The notes under the pieces are model-generated. The model searched no databases. It was not told where the DNA came from and saw only the letters and a program-made list of their open reading frames with translations. A stretch of 64,000 bases of DNA from Nitrospirota bacterium (lineage in GTDB: Bacteria > Nitrospirota > UBA9217). The translations under genes were made by a program, and so were the position numbers. The stretch lies in assembly GCA_963740085.1 (NCBI GenBank), contig CAVUCU010000001.1, positions 1,152,001-1,216,000 on the forward strand, given 5' to 3'. Positions 1-10,500 of the stretch are shown piece by piece; positions within the stretch are counted from its first letter, which is position 1; each line of letters begins with the position of its first letter.

Positions 1-490
1 GGCACGTCAGGCATCCCGATGACACGGGCTTGTGCTTGCGTTTCGCCTTGTCTATTGCGTCGCCCAGTTCCTTGTGGCACTCAACGCAGAGTTTGTTGCC
101 GGCAAGTTTGAGATTGTACTTGTTGGCCGCCGCGTGGGGGTCATGACATTTGACACAGCCTCCCTCTGCAACGACCTTGTGACTGCTCTTCGCCTTTTCG
201 GGTATTACCGCCGCATGGCACGTATAGCATATCTTGCTGGTATCGGCCGTCAGAAGCTTGGCGTGTGAGGAGGTATGCGGGCTGTGGCATCCGATGCATT
301 CTCCCTGCCTGAGCGGCGTATGCACAAAGGCGTTCTTCAGCTTTTCGGCGAACGTCGTGTGACAGCCAAGGCAGATCTTACCCTCGGCCCCGGGTTTCAG
401 CTTGAAATTGTCCTTCGCATCCGAGCGGATGACGGCGGCCGCAAGAGAACAGGTGACGATGAGCAGTATCAAAACGATCCTGGTTTTCAT
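1..490 (-). CDS. Periplasmic multiheme c-type cytochrome with doubled CxxCH repeats; the 3' end runs off the window
   Basis: Not in the ORF track. Manual translation from ATG at 490 gives MKTRIVLILLIVTCSLAAAVIRSDAKDNFKLKPGAEGKICLGCH..., with a signal peptide, five complete CxxCH motifs (CLGCH, CIGCH, CYTCH, CVKCH, CVECH) and a sixth cut at the edge. AAGGA lies upstream of the start. Confidence 0.9.
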   Translation of the reverse strand, partial: MKTRIVLILLIVTCSLAAAVIRSDAKDNFKLKPGAEGKICLGCHTTFAEKLKNAFVHTPLRQGECIGCHSPHTSSHAKLLTADTSKICYTCHAAVIPEKAKSSHKVVAEGGCVKCHDPHAAANKYNLKLAGNKLCVECHKELGDAIDKAKRKHKPVSSGCLTC

Positions 491-507
491 ATTCGACGTT
501 ATCCTTT

Positions 508-2490
508 TCATTGCTTGCCCACGATATGGCATGTCTCACAGGACCGTGCAGCAAAGGGCGGATGCATCACCTGTTTGAAAAATTTCGGGTCCTTGGACGT
601 ATGGGGATCATGGCAGTGTCTGCAATCCATGCTTTTCGGGTCGATCCCGATATGGGACTTCACGAACGAATCACGGGTAAAATCGTGACAGTTGCCGCAC
701 AGTTCCGGTACCTTCTGGACGAGCAGGGTGGTCTGGGCCGAGAAATGGGGCATATGGCACGTCAGACAGTTCCCTTCGGCTGGAGAATGCACATTTTCCT
801 TCCCCATCCTCTCTTTCATGTCCTTGTGGCAGGTCAGGCAGAGGTCCGGGCTCTGCGCCAGAAGAAGACTTTTCAGTTTCGACTTGTGAGGACTGTGGCA
901 CTTCGTACACTCTCCGCCCGTGACCGGAGCATGCTTGCTGGCGCCTTCCTTAAGCGCTTTCTCCAGGTCAGGGTGGCAGGTGAAGCAGATCGCGTCCTGT
1001 TTTTGCACGAGCATCCCGCCGATGTTGCTGCCGTGCGGGTCATGGCAGGTGAGGCAATCGCCCGCGACGAATGGCGGATGATTGGTCCCCCCGACCTCCT
1101 CTTTCATGAGGTCGCCGTGGCACTGCTTGCAAAGATCGGAGCCCGAGGCCTTCAGGATCTTCGGAATGTCGGAGCCGTGGGGATTGTGGCACGCGTTGCA
1201 CTGGCCACTGGTCACCGGCTGATGGGTATAATTCCTCGCAAATTTCAGTTCCGCGTCGGAATGGCAGGAGTAGCAGACCGTGTCCATCCTGTTTTTCAGC
1301 ATATTCTGGAAATTCGAGCCATGGGGATTATGACAGGAGGTGCACATATCCGCGTCGAACGGCGAATGGGGGCTCTTGCTTTTCTTAGATTCTTTCGTCT
1401 TTTCATGGCAGGTAAAACAGAGCTCACCGTCCTTTGCCAGAAGCAATTTCTCGTTCTTGGCGGCATGGGGTGCGTGACAGGTCAGGCAGCCCTTGCCGGT
1501 GGTGACCGCGGCATGGGAGACGGCTGTCGTTTCTCCCTTGTCGGGATGACAGCTGAAACACAGCTTGTTGCCGGCATCGGCAAGGAGCTTCGAATTCTCC
1601 GAATCATGGGGATTGTGGCAGGAAAGGCACATGCCGCCCTGGAACGGCGCGTGTTCGATCTTGCCGCCGGCCTTGAGCCCGGCCTGATCGTGGCACTGAT
1701 AACAGAGCTCCCCTCCGCTGAGCGTCGTATCGAAGGGCTTATCGGAGGTTGCGGGCTTGTGACACATGTCGCAGCTCACCGCAGCCATGGGGTTATGCAC
1801 ACTTGTCTTCAGGAGCTTGGCCTGTACCGAAGAATGGGGGTTGTGACACGTTGTACAGGTCTTGCTGCGAACAGGATACCCGCCATGCGCCTTCTTGAAG
1901 GGTTCCTTCTCGCTGTCGTGACACGCCAGGCAGAGCGCAGGTTCTGCGGTCTTCAGCAGGTTCGCCTCGTCGGAGCCATGGGAAACGTGGCATACGCTGC
2001 ATCCGCCGGTCTGCAGGGGCTTATGCACCACTTTCTTTTCGAACTGTTCCCTTGCGTGGCACTGATAGCAGAGGTCGGTCCCTTCGGCTTTGAGCAGGTG
2101 GTCCGACTGCGATGCATGCGGGTTATGGCAGAGCGCGCATTGCCCGTTCTTCAGCACGCTGTGGACATGCGCCTTGGTCAAGCCGAGCTTCTCCTGGCTG
2201 TGGCAGGGGAAGCAGACCTGGTTGCCGACGCCCTTGAGAATGAGCTTGGGGACGATCCCGTGGCGGAGGTGACAACTTTCGCATTTCTTTTCTTTCGCCA
2301 CCGGATGGACATACTTCATCGAAAAATATTTTTGCTCGAATTTGGTATGGCAGTCGAGGCAGTCCTTGCGGGCGAACGTCTGTCTGTTCAACGAGGGGCC
2401 GCACGAGCTCAGGAATATCGATCCTGCAAGGACAATAAGCGCTGCCGCGGCGGCAACGGCATAGATACGGTTTTTCATGAGTGGGACCAT
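508..2490 (-). CDS. 26-heme c-type cytochrome, lipoprotein (GSU2495-like)
   Basis: 26 CxxCH motifs counted in the 660-aa ORF, in repeating H-x-P...CxxCH-x-P-H units. Lipobox-like LSSC. The start may be the MKNRIY ATG at 2478. Confidence 0.93.
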   Translation of the reverse strand: MVPLMKNRIYAVAAAAALIVLAGSIFLSSCGPSLNRQTFARKDCLDCHTKFEQKYFSMKYVHPVAKEKKCESCHLRHGIVPKLILKGVGNQVCFPCHSQEKLGLTKAHVHSVLKNGQCALCHNPHASQSDHLLKAEGTDLCYQCHAREQFEKKVVHKPLQTGGCSVCHVSHGSDEANLLKTAEPALCLACHDSEKEPFKKAHGGYPVRSKTCTTCHNPHSSVQAKLLKTSVHNPMAAVSCDMCHKPATSDKPFDTTLSGGELCYQCHDQAGLKAGGKIEHAPFQGGMCLSCHNPHDSENSKLLADAGNKLCFSCHPDKGETTAVSHAAVTTGKGCLTCHAPHAAKNEKLLLAKDGELCFTCHEKTKESKKSKSPHSPFDADMCTSCHNPHGSNFQNMLKNRMDTVCYSCHSDAELKFARNYTHQPVTSGQCNACHNPHGSDIPKILKASGSDLCKQCHGDLMKEEVGGTNHPPFVAGDCLTCHDPHGSNIGGMLVQKQDAICFTCHPDLEKALKEGASKHAPVTGGECTKCHSPHKSKLKSLLLAQSPDLCLTCHKDMKERMGKENVHSPAEGNCLTCHMPHFSAQTTLLVQKVPELCGNCHDFTRDSFVKSHIGIDPKSMDCRHCHDPHTSKDPKFFKQVMHPPFAARSCETCHIVGKQ

Positions 2491-2513
2491 CCTGTCTCCC
2501 TGATTGCGGTTTG

Positions 2514-4220
2514 TTAATCTTTCAGATACACCTTAATATCGGCGCTGCTTCTGAGCTTTGCGACCCAGTCGGCAAGCCCTGCCTGGACGTGTTCACGATA
2601 CAACTGCTTTGCGATCGGCTCCCTGACCGTGAGATAGTCCTCGGTCTCCGGAGGGAACACGGACACGACGGAAATGACATAGAAATAGCCTTCCGGGCTC
2701 TCGTACAGCCTGAAATCCCCGGCGCCCGCTCCCGACAGGGCGGCCTTGAGGCCCTCGTCCAGTTCCGTTGTCACGAGGATCGTTCCGTTCAACTTCAGGA
2801 GTCCCTCTGCATCCTTGGCAACCTGCCCGCCAGCGTTTTTTTGTATCCAGGAAAGCTGGTCGCCTGCCCGGAGTTTTTGCATGGCATCCTCCGCGTCGCT
2901 CCTTTTCTTGAAAACGACGCTGTCCAGCTTCATCGACTCGGGCGACGTGTAGTCGGCGCGGTGGCCTTCATAATATGTCTTGATCTCCGATTCCATGACC
3001 TTGATATCAGGCAGAACGACCTTCTGCACAAACATGCCGAAGACCAGGGAGTTCTCGTAGGTCCGGACCAGGACGCCATACGCCTCGGTCTTTTCAATGC
3101 CTTCGAGCTTTGCCTCTTTCACGAGGACCTTTCTCTCTATCAGCCCGTCCAGGACATCATATTTTTGAGCTTTCAGCTCTTTCTTACCGATGGCGCGTTC
3201 GACACCGTGAAAGTATTTCCGCTGCACTGCCGCGGCCAGGTCCGACACCTTTATCTGTTCGTCGCCCCCGATGACGGTGATCACACGCTCATCTTTTAAT
3301 AACTTGTCGAACTCGTCGACCGAGGCCCCCAGGTCAAGGCTGTCGAGCAGTTTCGTGTCGGTCTTGGCGAGCTTCGTTTTCAGGGTTTCGATGAATTGTT
3401 GTGATGCCTCCGCTTTCTTGAGCCGGAGCGCCTCCTGCGCGGCCCATTCCCTCTTGTCCGGAGACTCCTCGCGGCGGGTGTCCTCCAGCTTCACGAGCAC
3501 ATATCCCCCGGGCACGGATATGACCGGGCTTACGGAACCCGTCCCCATCGTAAGAAGCGCGTCGCCGATCGCAGGGATGGTCTCGCTGCCTTTCATATAG
3601 CCGCCTTCTATTATCCCCTTCTTTGTCTTGCCCTTGCTGGCGGCAACGGCCTTGTCCGCAAGCTTGTCAAAACTGCCGCCTGCCCTGACCTCCGTCTCCA
3701 TGTGCTTCGCATCAGCTTCATTCGGGAACAGGACCGACTCGAACTTCCATTCCCTGATGGCTTTTTCATAGAGATTCTCAACCACGCTTTCATCGGCCTT
3801 CACGTCCTTTACCGCCTGCTTCATGAGAAGGGTTCTCAGGGCCTTTTGGGAGTAGTTCTCCACCTCTTCCCTGACCTCCGGCAGTTCGTTCAGCCCGATC
3901 CTCTTTGCCTCCTGCACAATAAGCCGCGCGTCGATCATGCGCTTCAACAGGCCGGCATAATCGATCCGCCCCGGTTTTTTCTCATCGGCCTTTTTCACGG
4001 CCGCCATCTCGTCTGCGTTTTCCTTTGCCTCTGCCATCTGAGCGTGCAGGGCGGAAATTTCCTGCTGATACTCTTCCCGGGTGATGGGTTCGCTGTTCAC
4101 CATTGCCACGGTTTCCTTGCCGTCGATAAGGGGAAGTTTGTGCGTTGCTACACATGCCGTCGTTCCCGCCATCAGGACAACAAGCAACAGAAGACCGAAC
4201 CGTGACGCAATGCTATTCAT
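2514..4220 (-). CDS. SurA/PrsA/PpiC-type peptidyl-prolyl isomerase/foldase lipoprotein, two-lobed
   Basis: Lipobox-like TTAC, VAMVNSEPITREE and LIVQEAKRIGL SurA-N motifs, a rotamase-like SFDKLA...VSPVI...GYVLVKLED segment, and a repeated second half. RBS AAGGAG. Confidence 0.85.
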   Translation of the reverse strand: MNSIASRFGLLLLVVLMAGTTACVATHKLPLIDGKETVAMVNSEPITREEYQQEISALHAQMAEAKENADEMAAVKKADEKKPGRIDYAGLLKRMIDARLIVQEAKRIGLNELPEVREEVENYSQKALRTLLMKQAVKDVKADESVVENLYEKAIREWKFESVLFPNEADAKHMETEVRAGGSFDKLADKAVAASKGKTKKGIIEGGYMKGSETIPAIGDALLTMGTGSVSPVISVPGGYVLVKLEDTRREESPDKREWAAQEALRLKKAEASQQFIETLKTKLAKTDTKLLDSLDLGASVDEFDKLLKDERVITVIGGDEQIKVSDLAAAVQRKYFHGVERAIGKKELKAQKYDVLDGLIERKVLVKEAKLEGIEKTEAYGVLVRTYENSLVFGMFVQKVVLPDIKVMESEIKTYYEGHRADYTSPESMKLDSVVFKKRSDAEDAMQKLRAGDQLSWIQKNAGGQVAKDAEGLLKLNGTILVTTELDEGLKAALSGAGAGDFRLYESPEGYFYVISVVSVFPPETEDYLTVREPIAKQLYREHVQAGLADWVAKLRSSADIKVYLKD

Positions 4221-4308
4221 TAAAACTCCTTCGCTCGTGGATATTCACGATTTTACCGGTTGTTATTTTTTAAAGCAAGGCATAAATATACCACAAATCT
4301 TTTAATGT

Positions 4309-4324
4309 TGCAATCAATATGCCA
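4309..4324 (-). promoter_or_regulatory. sigma-54 (-24/-12) promoter for the foldase-cytochrome genes
   Basis: The minus strand reads TGGCATATTGATTGCA (GG-N10-GC), about 90 nt upstream of the ATG at 4220. Confidence 0.75.
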
Positions 4325-4420
4325 GTCGCCAGCAGCTTATGGTAACTCATAACTGCTCATTTTTTAATAAAAATCCGACTGCCCGGGATGGTTCACCATA
4401 TAACCCGAAGGTGCGTACAT

Positions 4421-4454
4421 GGTAAAATGACCGGATTGTCGTGGTCATTTTACC
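4421..4454. promoter_or_regulatory. Palindromic candidate enhancer (bEBP binding site)
   Basis: Perfect 12-bp inverted repeat GGTAAAATGACC-N10-GGTCATTTTACC about 100 nt upstream of the sigma-54 site, with related copies at 23058 and 56629. Confidence 0.6.
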
Positions 4455-4509
4455 GGAGAGGCATTGCATGACCTATATATGTGCCGAATGCCGCCTTCAT
4501 CCGGAGCCT

Positions 4510-7500
4510 TCATTGCTGCTCGATCATTTTTCGTATTGCGCTTGCCATGTCAGCCGCAAGTGCATGGACGGTATTGATCCGCCCCCAGTCGAACAGGTAT
4601 ACGGCGTCGTCCCCTTCATTGCGGCTGCTGGACGACCATACGACCTGCTGGTTCCTTCGGTTTATCAGCAGCAGGGAAAATCCAACCTTCGGTTTGCCGG
4701 AACCGACGGCGTGCTCCCGGTAATCCAGGACCCTGCCGGTAAGGATCAGGTCTGCATTCAATTCGCCCGCTATGAGATCGGCGTCCGAAAGGGATATTCC
4801 CTCGTACATGATTATCCGGTAATCGAGCAGTTTCTCTATGATAAGGCCGGGTTCTACGACGGTGAAATGTCCTCCTTTGATAAGCTCTCTCAGGAAATGC
4901 AGCGCCATGATCTCGCCTGCATATTTCCTGCTGCTTTCATTTGTAAAGGGCATTATGGCTATCCGGGGCGGCGCGTCAGCGTCGAGCACGGTCACCGTAT
5001 GCGTCATGCGTTCACCCGGCGTTGCATTTACCGGCTTCCCGAGTGTCACGATGATCGTCTTGTTGTCTTCATAGTGTCTATCGTCAATGAGGGCCAGGGT
5101 GATGGCGCCGGTCGTTTCCCCTGCCCTGATGGTGAGGGGGCCCGGCGTCATGACCCGGTAGTTCTTCCCGTCAACTGCTGTCCCGCTTACTGTAAAGGGC
5201 ACCATCACGTCCTTGCCGTGTACGGCAGAGAGCTGCACGGTCACCACAGCCGAGCCGTTGTTCTCCCGCACTTCCTGTCCCGGCGCAGTGAAGGTCACCG
5301 TGGGCTCGGGGTCGTTGTCGATGATCGTATAGGTATGGACGGTCTGTTTGCCCAGGACCGCGTTGACGGGGTTCGAGAGCGTCACCTCGATCGTCTCGTT
5401 GTCTTCGTGGAGCTTGTCATCGATGATCCCGATGTCGATGGTCTTGGACAGCTCCCCGGGCTCGAAGACGAGCGTGCCGTTTTTGAGGGTATAGTCCGTG
5501 GTGTTCTCTGCCGTACCGCCCGTGATCGCGTATTCCACGCTGGCCCGCTTGCCGCTTGCCTCGCTCAACGATACTTCGATCTTCGCAGGGCCCTTTCCTT
5601 CATCTCCACTGGAGTCCTTCAATGTGAAGGCTACGGCCGGGGGTGGATCGTTGTCTCTGATGGTTATGATGTTGACCGGGTGCGCGCCAAGGGTCGCGTT
5701 CACCGGAGTCCCCATGGTCACGATGATCGTCTCATTGTCCTCGTAGAGGTGATCGTCTATCGGCGTGATGGTGATGGTCCCGCTTTTCTCTCCGGCCTTG
5801 ATGACCAGCGGGCCTGGCGTGATGGTGTAATCGGTCCCTTCCTGCGCTGTCCCGCTCACGGTGAAGGGCACGGTCACGTCCTTGCCGTGTATGGCGGAGA
5901 GCTGCATTGTCACCATTGCCGGCCCGTTGTTCTCCTGCACTTCCTGTCCCGGCGCAGTGAAGGTCACCGTGGGCTCGGGGTCGTTGTCGATGATCGTATA
6001 GGTATGGACGGTCTGTTTGCCCAGGACCGCGTTGACGGGGTTTGCGAGCGTCACCTCGATCGTCTCGTTGTCTTCGTGGAGCTCGTCGTCGATGATCCCG
6101 ATGTCGATGGTCTTGACTGTCTCCCCGGGCTCGAAGACGAGCGTGCCGTTCGTGAGGGTATAATCCTTGTTGTTCTCTGCCGTGCCGCCCGTGATCGCGT
6201 ATTCCACGCTGGCCCGCTTGCCGCTGGCCTCGCCCAGGGATACTTCGATCTTCGCAGGGCCCTTACCTTCATCTCCACTGGAGTCCTTCAATGTGAAGGC
6301 TACGGCCGGGGGTGGATCGTTGTCTCTGATGGTTGTGATGTTGACCGGGTGCGCGCCAAGGGTCGCGTTCACCGGAGTCCCCATGGTCATGATGATCGAC
6401 TCATTGTCCTCGTAGAGGTGATCGTCTATCGGCGTGATGGTGATGGTCCCGCTTGTCTCGCCGGCCTTGATGACCAGCGGGCCTGGCGTGATGGTGTAAT
6501 CGGCCCTTTCCTGCGCTGTCCCGCTCAAGGTGAAGGGCACGGTCACGTCCTTGCCGGAGACAACGGAGAGCTGTACTGTTACCACAGCCGGCCCGTTGTT
6601 CTCCTGCACTTCCTGTCCCGGCGCAGTGAAGGTCACCGTGGGCTCGGGGTCGTTGTCGATGATCGTATAGGTATGGACGATCTGTTTGCCCAGGATCGCG
6701 TTGACGGGGTTCGAGAGCTTCAATTCGATCGTCCTGTCGCCGCGGTAGAGCTTGTCATCGACGATCCCGATGTCGATGGTCTTGGACAGCTCCCCGGGTT
6801 CGAAGACGAGCGTGCCGTTCTTGAGGGTATAATCCTTGTTGTTCTCTGCCGTGCCGCCCGTGATCGTGTATGCCACGCTGGCCCGCTTTCCGCTCGCCTC
6901 GCTCAACGATACTTCGATCTTCGCAGGGCTCTTTCCCTCATCTCCCTGAGACTCCTGGAACAGGAAGTCGACGGCTGGAGGCGGATCATTTTCAACGATG
7001 GTCTCGGTCTGCTGGGTTTGGGCACCCGCGGTCGCGTTTACCGGCGCTTCCATGGTAACGATGATCGTCTTATTGTCCTCGTACAGCTTATTATCCATGA
7101 GGGCCAGGGTGATAGCGCCGGTCGTTTCCCCTGCCCTGATGGTGAGCGGGTTCGGGGTCATGACCCGGTAGTTCTTTCCGTCAATTGCTGTCCCGCTCAG
7201 CGTAAAAGGCACGGTCACGTCCTTGCCGGATGCGGCAGAGAGTTTCAGGGATGCGGTTACCTTTCCCATGTCCTCCTTGACTTCCTGTCCCGGCGCAGTG
7301 AAGGTCACCGTGGGCTCGGGGTCGTTGTCGATGATCGTATAGGTATGGACGGTCTGTTTGCCCGGGACCGCGTTGACGGGGTTCGAGAGCGTCACCTCGA
7401 TCGTCTCGTTGTCTTCGTGGAGCTTGTCATCGATGATCCCGATGTCGATGGTCTTGACTGTCTCCCCGGGCTCGAAGACGAGCGTGCCGTTCGTGAGGGT

Positions 7501-10500
7501 ATAGTCGGTGTTGTTCTCTGCCGTGCCGCCCGTGATCGCGTATTCCACGCTGGCCCGCTTTCCGCTCGCTCCGCTCAACGATACTTCGATCTTCGCAGGA
7601 CTCTTACCTTCATCTCCACTGGAGTCCTTCAATGCGAAGGCCACGACCGGCGGAGGGTCGCTCTCCACAACAGTCACCCGGTGCACCGGGTGCGCGCCCA
7701 GCGTTGCGTTCACCGGGGCCCCTATCGACACAAAGATCACCTTATTGTCCTCGTACAGCTTATCATCCATGAGGGCCAGGGTGATAGCGCCGGTCGTTTC
7801 CCCGGCCTTGATGAAGAGCGGGCCTGGGGTCACGACCCGGTAGTTCTTCCCGTCAATCGCTGTCCCGCTCACCATAAAGGGCACGATCACGTCCTTGCCG
7901 GAGACCGGGGAGAGCTTTACGGATATTGTTATCTCTCCGTCGGCCTCCCTGACGTCCTGTGCCGGCGAGGCGAAGGACACTGACGGGGGAGGGTCGTTCT
8001 CGACAATGGTATAGGTATGGACCGTCTGTTTGCCGAGGACCGCGTTGACGGGGTTCGAGAGCGTCACCTCGATCGTCTTGTTGTCATTGTATATCCTGTC
8101 ATCGATGATCCTCATGTCGATGCTCTTGGACGTCTCTCCGGGCTTAAAGGCAAGCGTCCCGTTTTTCAGGACAAAGTTCCTGCCGTTGACGGCCGTGCCG
8201 CCCGTGACCGCGTACGCCAGCGTGACCTTCCTGCTGCCGGCCGCGCTCAGCGATACAGGGATCTTCGCAAGACCCTTCTTCTCATACCCTGCAGAGCCTG
8301 ACGCGACAAAACTTACAGTTGGAGCCGGCTCTTCACTTGCCGTTGGTTTCGATGCAATATCGGTTTGCCCTGGTAAAGTACGCGTATGCACACGGGTATT
8401 TCCCAGGATTGCGTTGACGGGGTTCGAAAGCGTCACCTCGATCGACTCGTTGTCCTGATGGAGTGTGTCATCGATGCTTCCAATATCGATGGTCTTGACT
8501 GTCTCCCCGGGCTCGAAGACAAGCATGCCTCTTGTCCGCGTATGATCTTTTGTTTGAGCGGCAATACCTCCGGCGATCGCATACTCTATCGTGGTCCTTC
8601 TGCCGCTGACCGTGCTCAGCACTACGTTGATCTTTTCAGGACCCTGCCCCTCTTCACCAGGAGCGTCCTTGGACTGGAAATCAACGACCGGCGGAGGGTC
8701 GCTCTCCACGACAGTCAACCGGTGCACCGGGTGCGCGCCCAGCGTCGCGTTCACCGGGGCCCCTATCGACACGAAGATCACCTTATTGTCCTCGTACAGC
8801 TTATCATCCATGAGGGCCAGGGTGATAGCGCCGGTCGTTTCCCCGGCCCTGATGAAGAGCGGGCTTGGGGTCACGACCCGGTAGTTCTTCCCGTCAATCG
8901 CTGTCCCGCTCACCATAAAGGGCACGATCACGTCCTTGCCGGATGCGGCAGAGAGTTTTACGGATACGGTTACTTTTTCACTCGTCCTCCCTGATCTCCT
9001 GTGCCGGCGAGGCGAAGGTCACTGACGGGGGAGGGTCGTTCTCGACAATGGTATAGGTATGGACCGTCTGTTTGCCCAGGACCGCGTTGACGGGGTTCGA
9101 AAGCGTCACCTCGATCGTCTTGTTCTCATTGTATATCCTGTCATCGATGATCCTCATGTCGATGCTCTTGGACGTCTCTCCGGGCTTAAAGACAAGCGTC
9201 CCGTTTTTCAGGACAAAGTTCCTGCCGGTTACGGCCGTGCCGCCCGTGACCGCGTACGCCACCGTGATAGTTTTACTGCTCTTTGCGTCCAACGATGCAA
9301 TAAGAACAGCGCGTCCAACTGATTCCTTACCCCGGGAAGCGGCTGCGGAAAAAGAAACCGCAGGGGGAAGATCGTTATCAATAATGGTATAGGTATGGAC
9401 GGTCTGTTTGCCCAGGACCGCGTTGACGGGGTTCGAGAGCGTCACCTCGATCGTCTCGTTGTCTTCGTGGAGCTTATCGTCGATGATCCCGATGTCGATG
9501 CTCTTGGACAGCTCCCCGGGCTCGAGGACGAGCGTGCCGTTTTTCAGGGTGTAGTCCCTGTTGTTTGCCGCAGTACCGCCCGTGACCGCATACTTTACCG
9601 TAATTCTTTTTCTGCTTAGGGCGCTCAGCGCGACGTCGATCCTCGCGGGCGTTACGCCTTCATCCCCGCTGGATTCCTTCATTAAAAGGCAACGGCAGGG
9701 GGCGGATCGCTCTCAACAACGGCCAGGCGGTGCACCAGGCTCTTACCTGGCGTTGCATTGACGGGCTTCCCGAGGGTCACGATGATCGTCTTGGTGCCAT
9801 CATCATATTGCTTATCGTCAATGAGGGCCAGGGTGATTGCGCCGGTGATCGTGCCTGCCTTGATCGTGAGCGGGTTGGGGGACATGATCCGGTAGTTCTT
9901 CCCGTCAACTGCTGTCCCGCTCACGGTAAAGGGCACGATCACGTCCTTGCCGGAAACAACAGAGAGCTTTACTGATACGCTTACTTTTCCCGCGTTCTCC
10001 CGCACTTCCTGTCCCGGCGCAGTGAAGGTCACCGTGGGCTCGGGGTCGTTGTCGATGATCGTATAGGTATGGACCGTCTGTTTGCCCAGGACCGCGTTGA
10101 CGGGGTTCGAGAGCGTCACCTCGATCGTCTCGTTGTCTTCGTGGAGCTTGTCATCGATGATCCCGATGTCGATGGTCTTGGACAGTTCCCCGGGCTCGAA
10201 GACGAGCGTGCCGTTTTTGAGGGTATAGTCCGTATTGTTCTCTGCCGTGCCGCCCGTGATCGCGTATTCCACGCTGGCCCGCTTGCCGCTTGCCTCGCTC
10301 AACGATACTTCGATCTTCGCAGGGCTCTTTCCCTCATCTCCACTGGAGTCCTTCAGCACAAAGGCTACGGCCGGGGGAGGATCGTTGTCTCTGATGGTTA
10401 TGATGTTGACCGGGTGCGCGCCAAGGGTCGCGTTCACCGGAGCCCCCATGGTCACGATGATCGTCTCATTGTCCTCATAGAGGTGATCGTCTATCGGCGT

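Noticed and set aside
511-2517. 668-aa plus-strand ORF
   Set aside because: Antisense shadow of the 26-heme cytochrome; no motifs.
4279-4293. Second possible sigma-54 site TGGTATATTTATGC
   Set aside because: The GG-to-GC spacing is 9 rather than 10 nt; the 4309 site fits exactly.
8975-9690. Programmed frameshifting or three separate Calx-beta genes
   Set aside because: The breaks fall mid-domain, compensate each other, and match the window-wide indel pattern; no convincing slippery-site structure.
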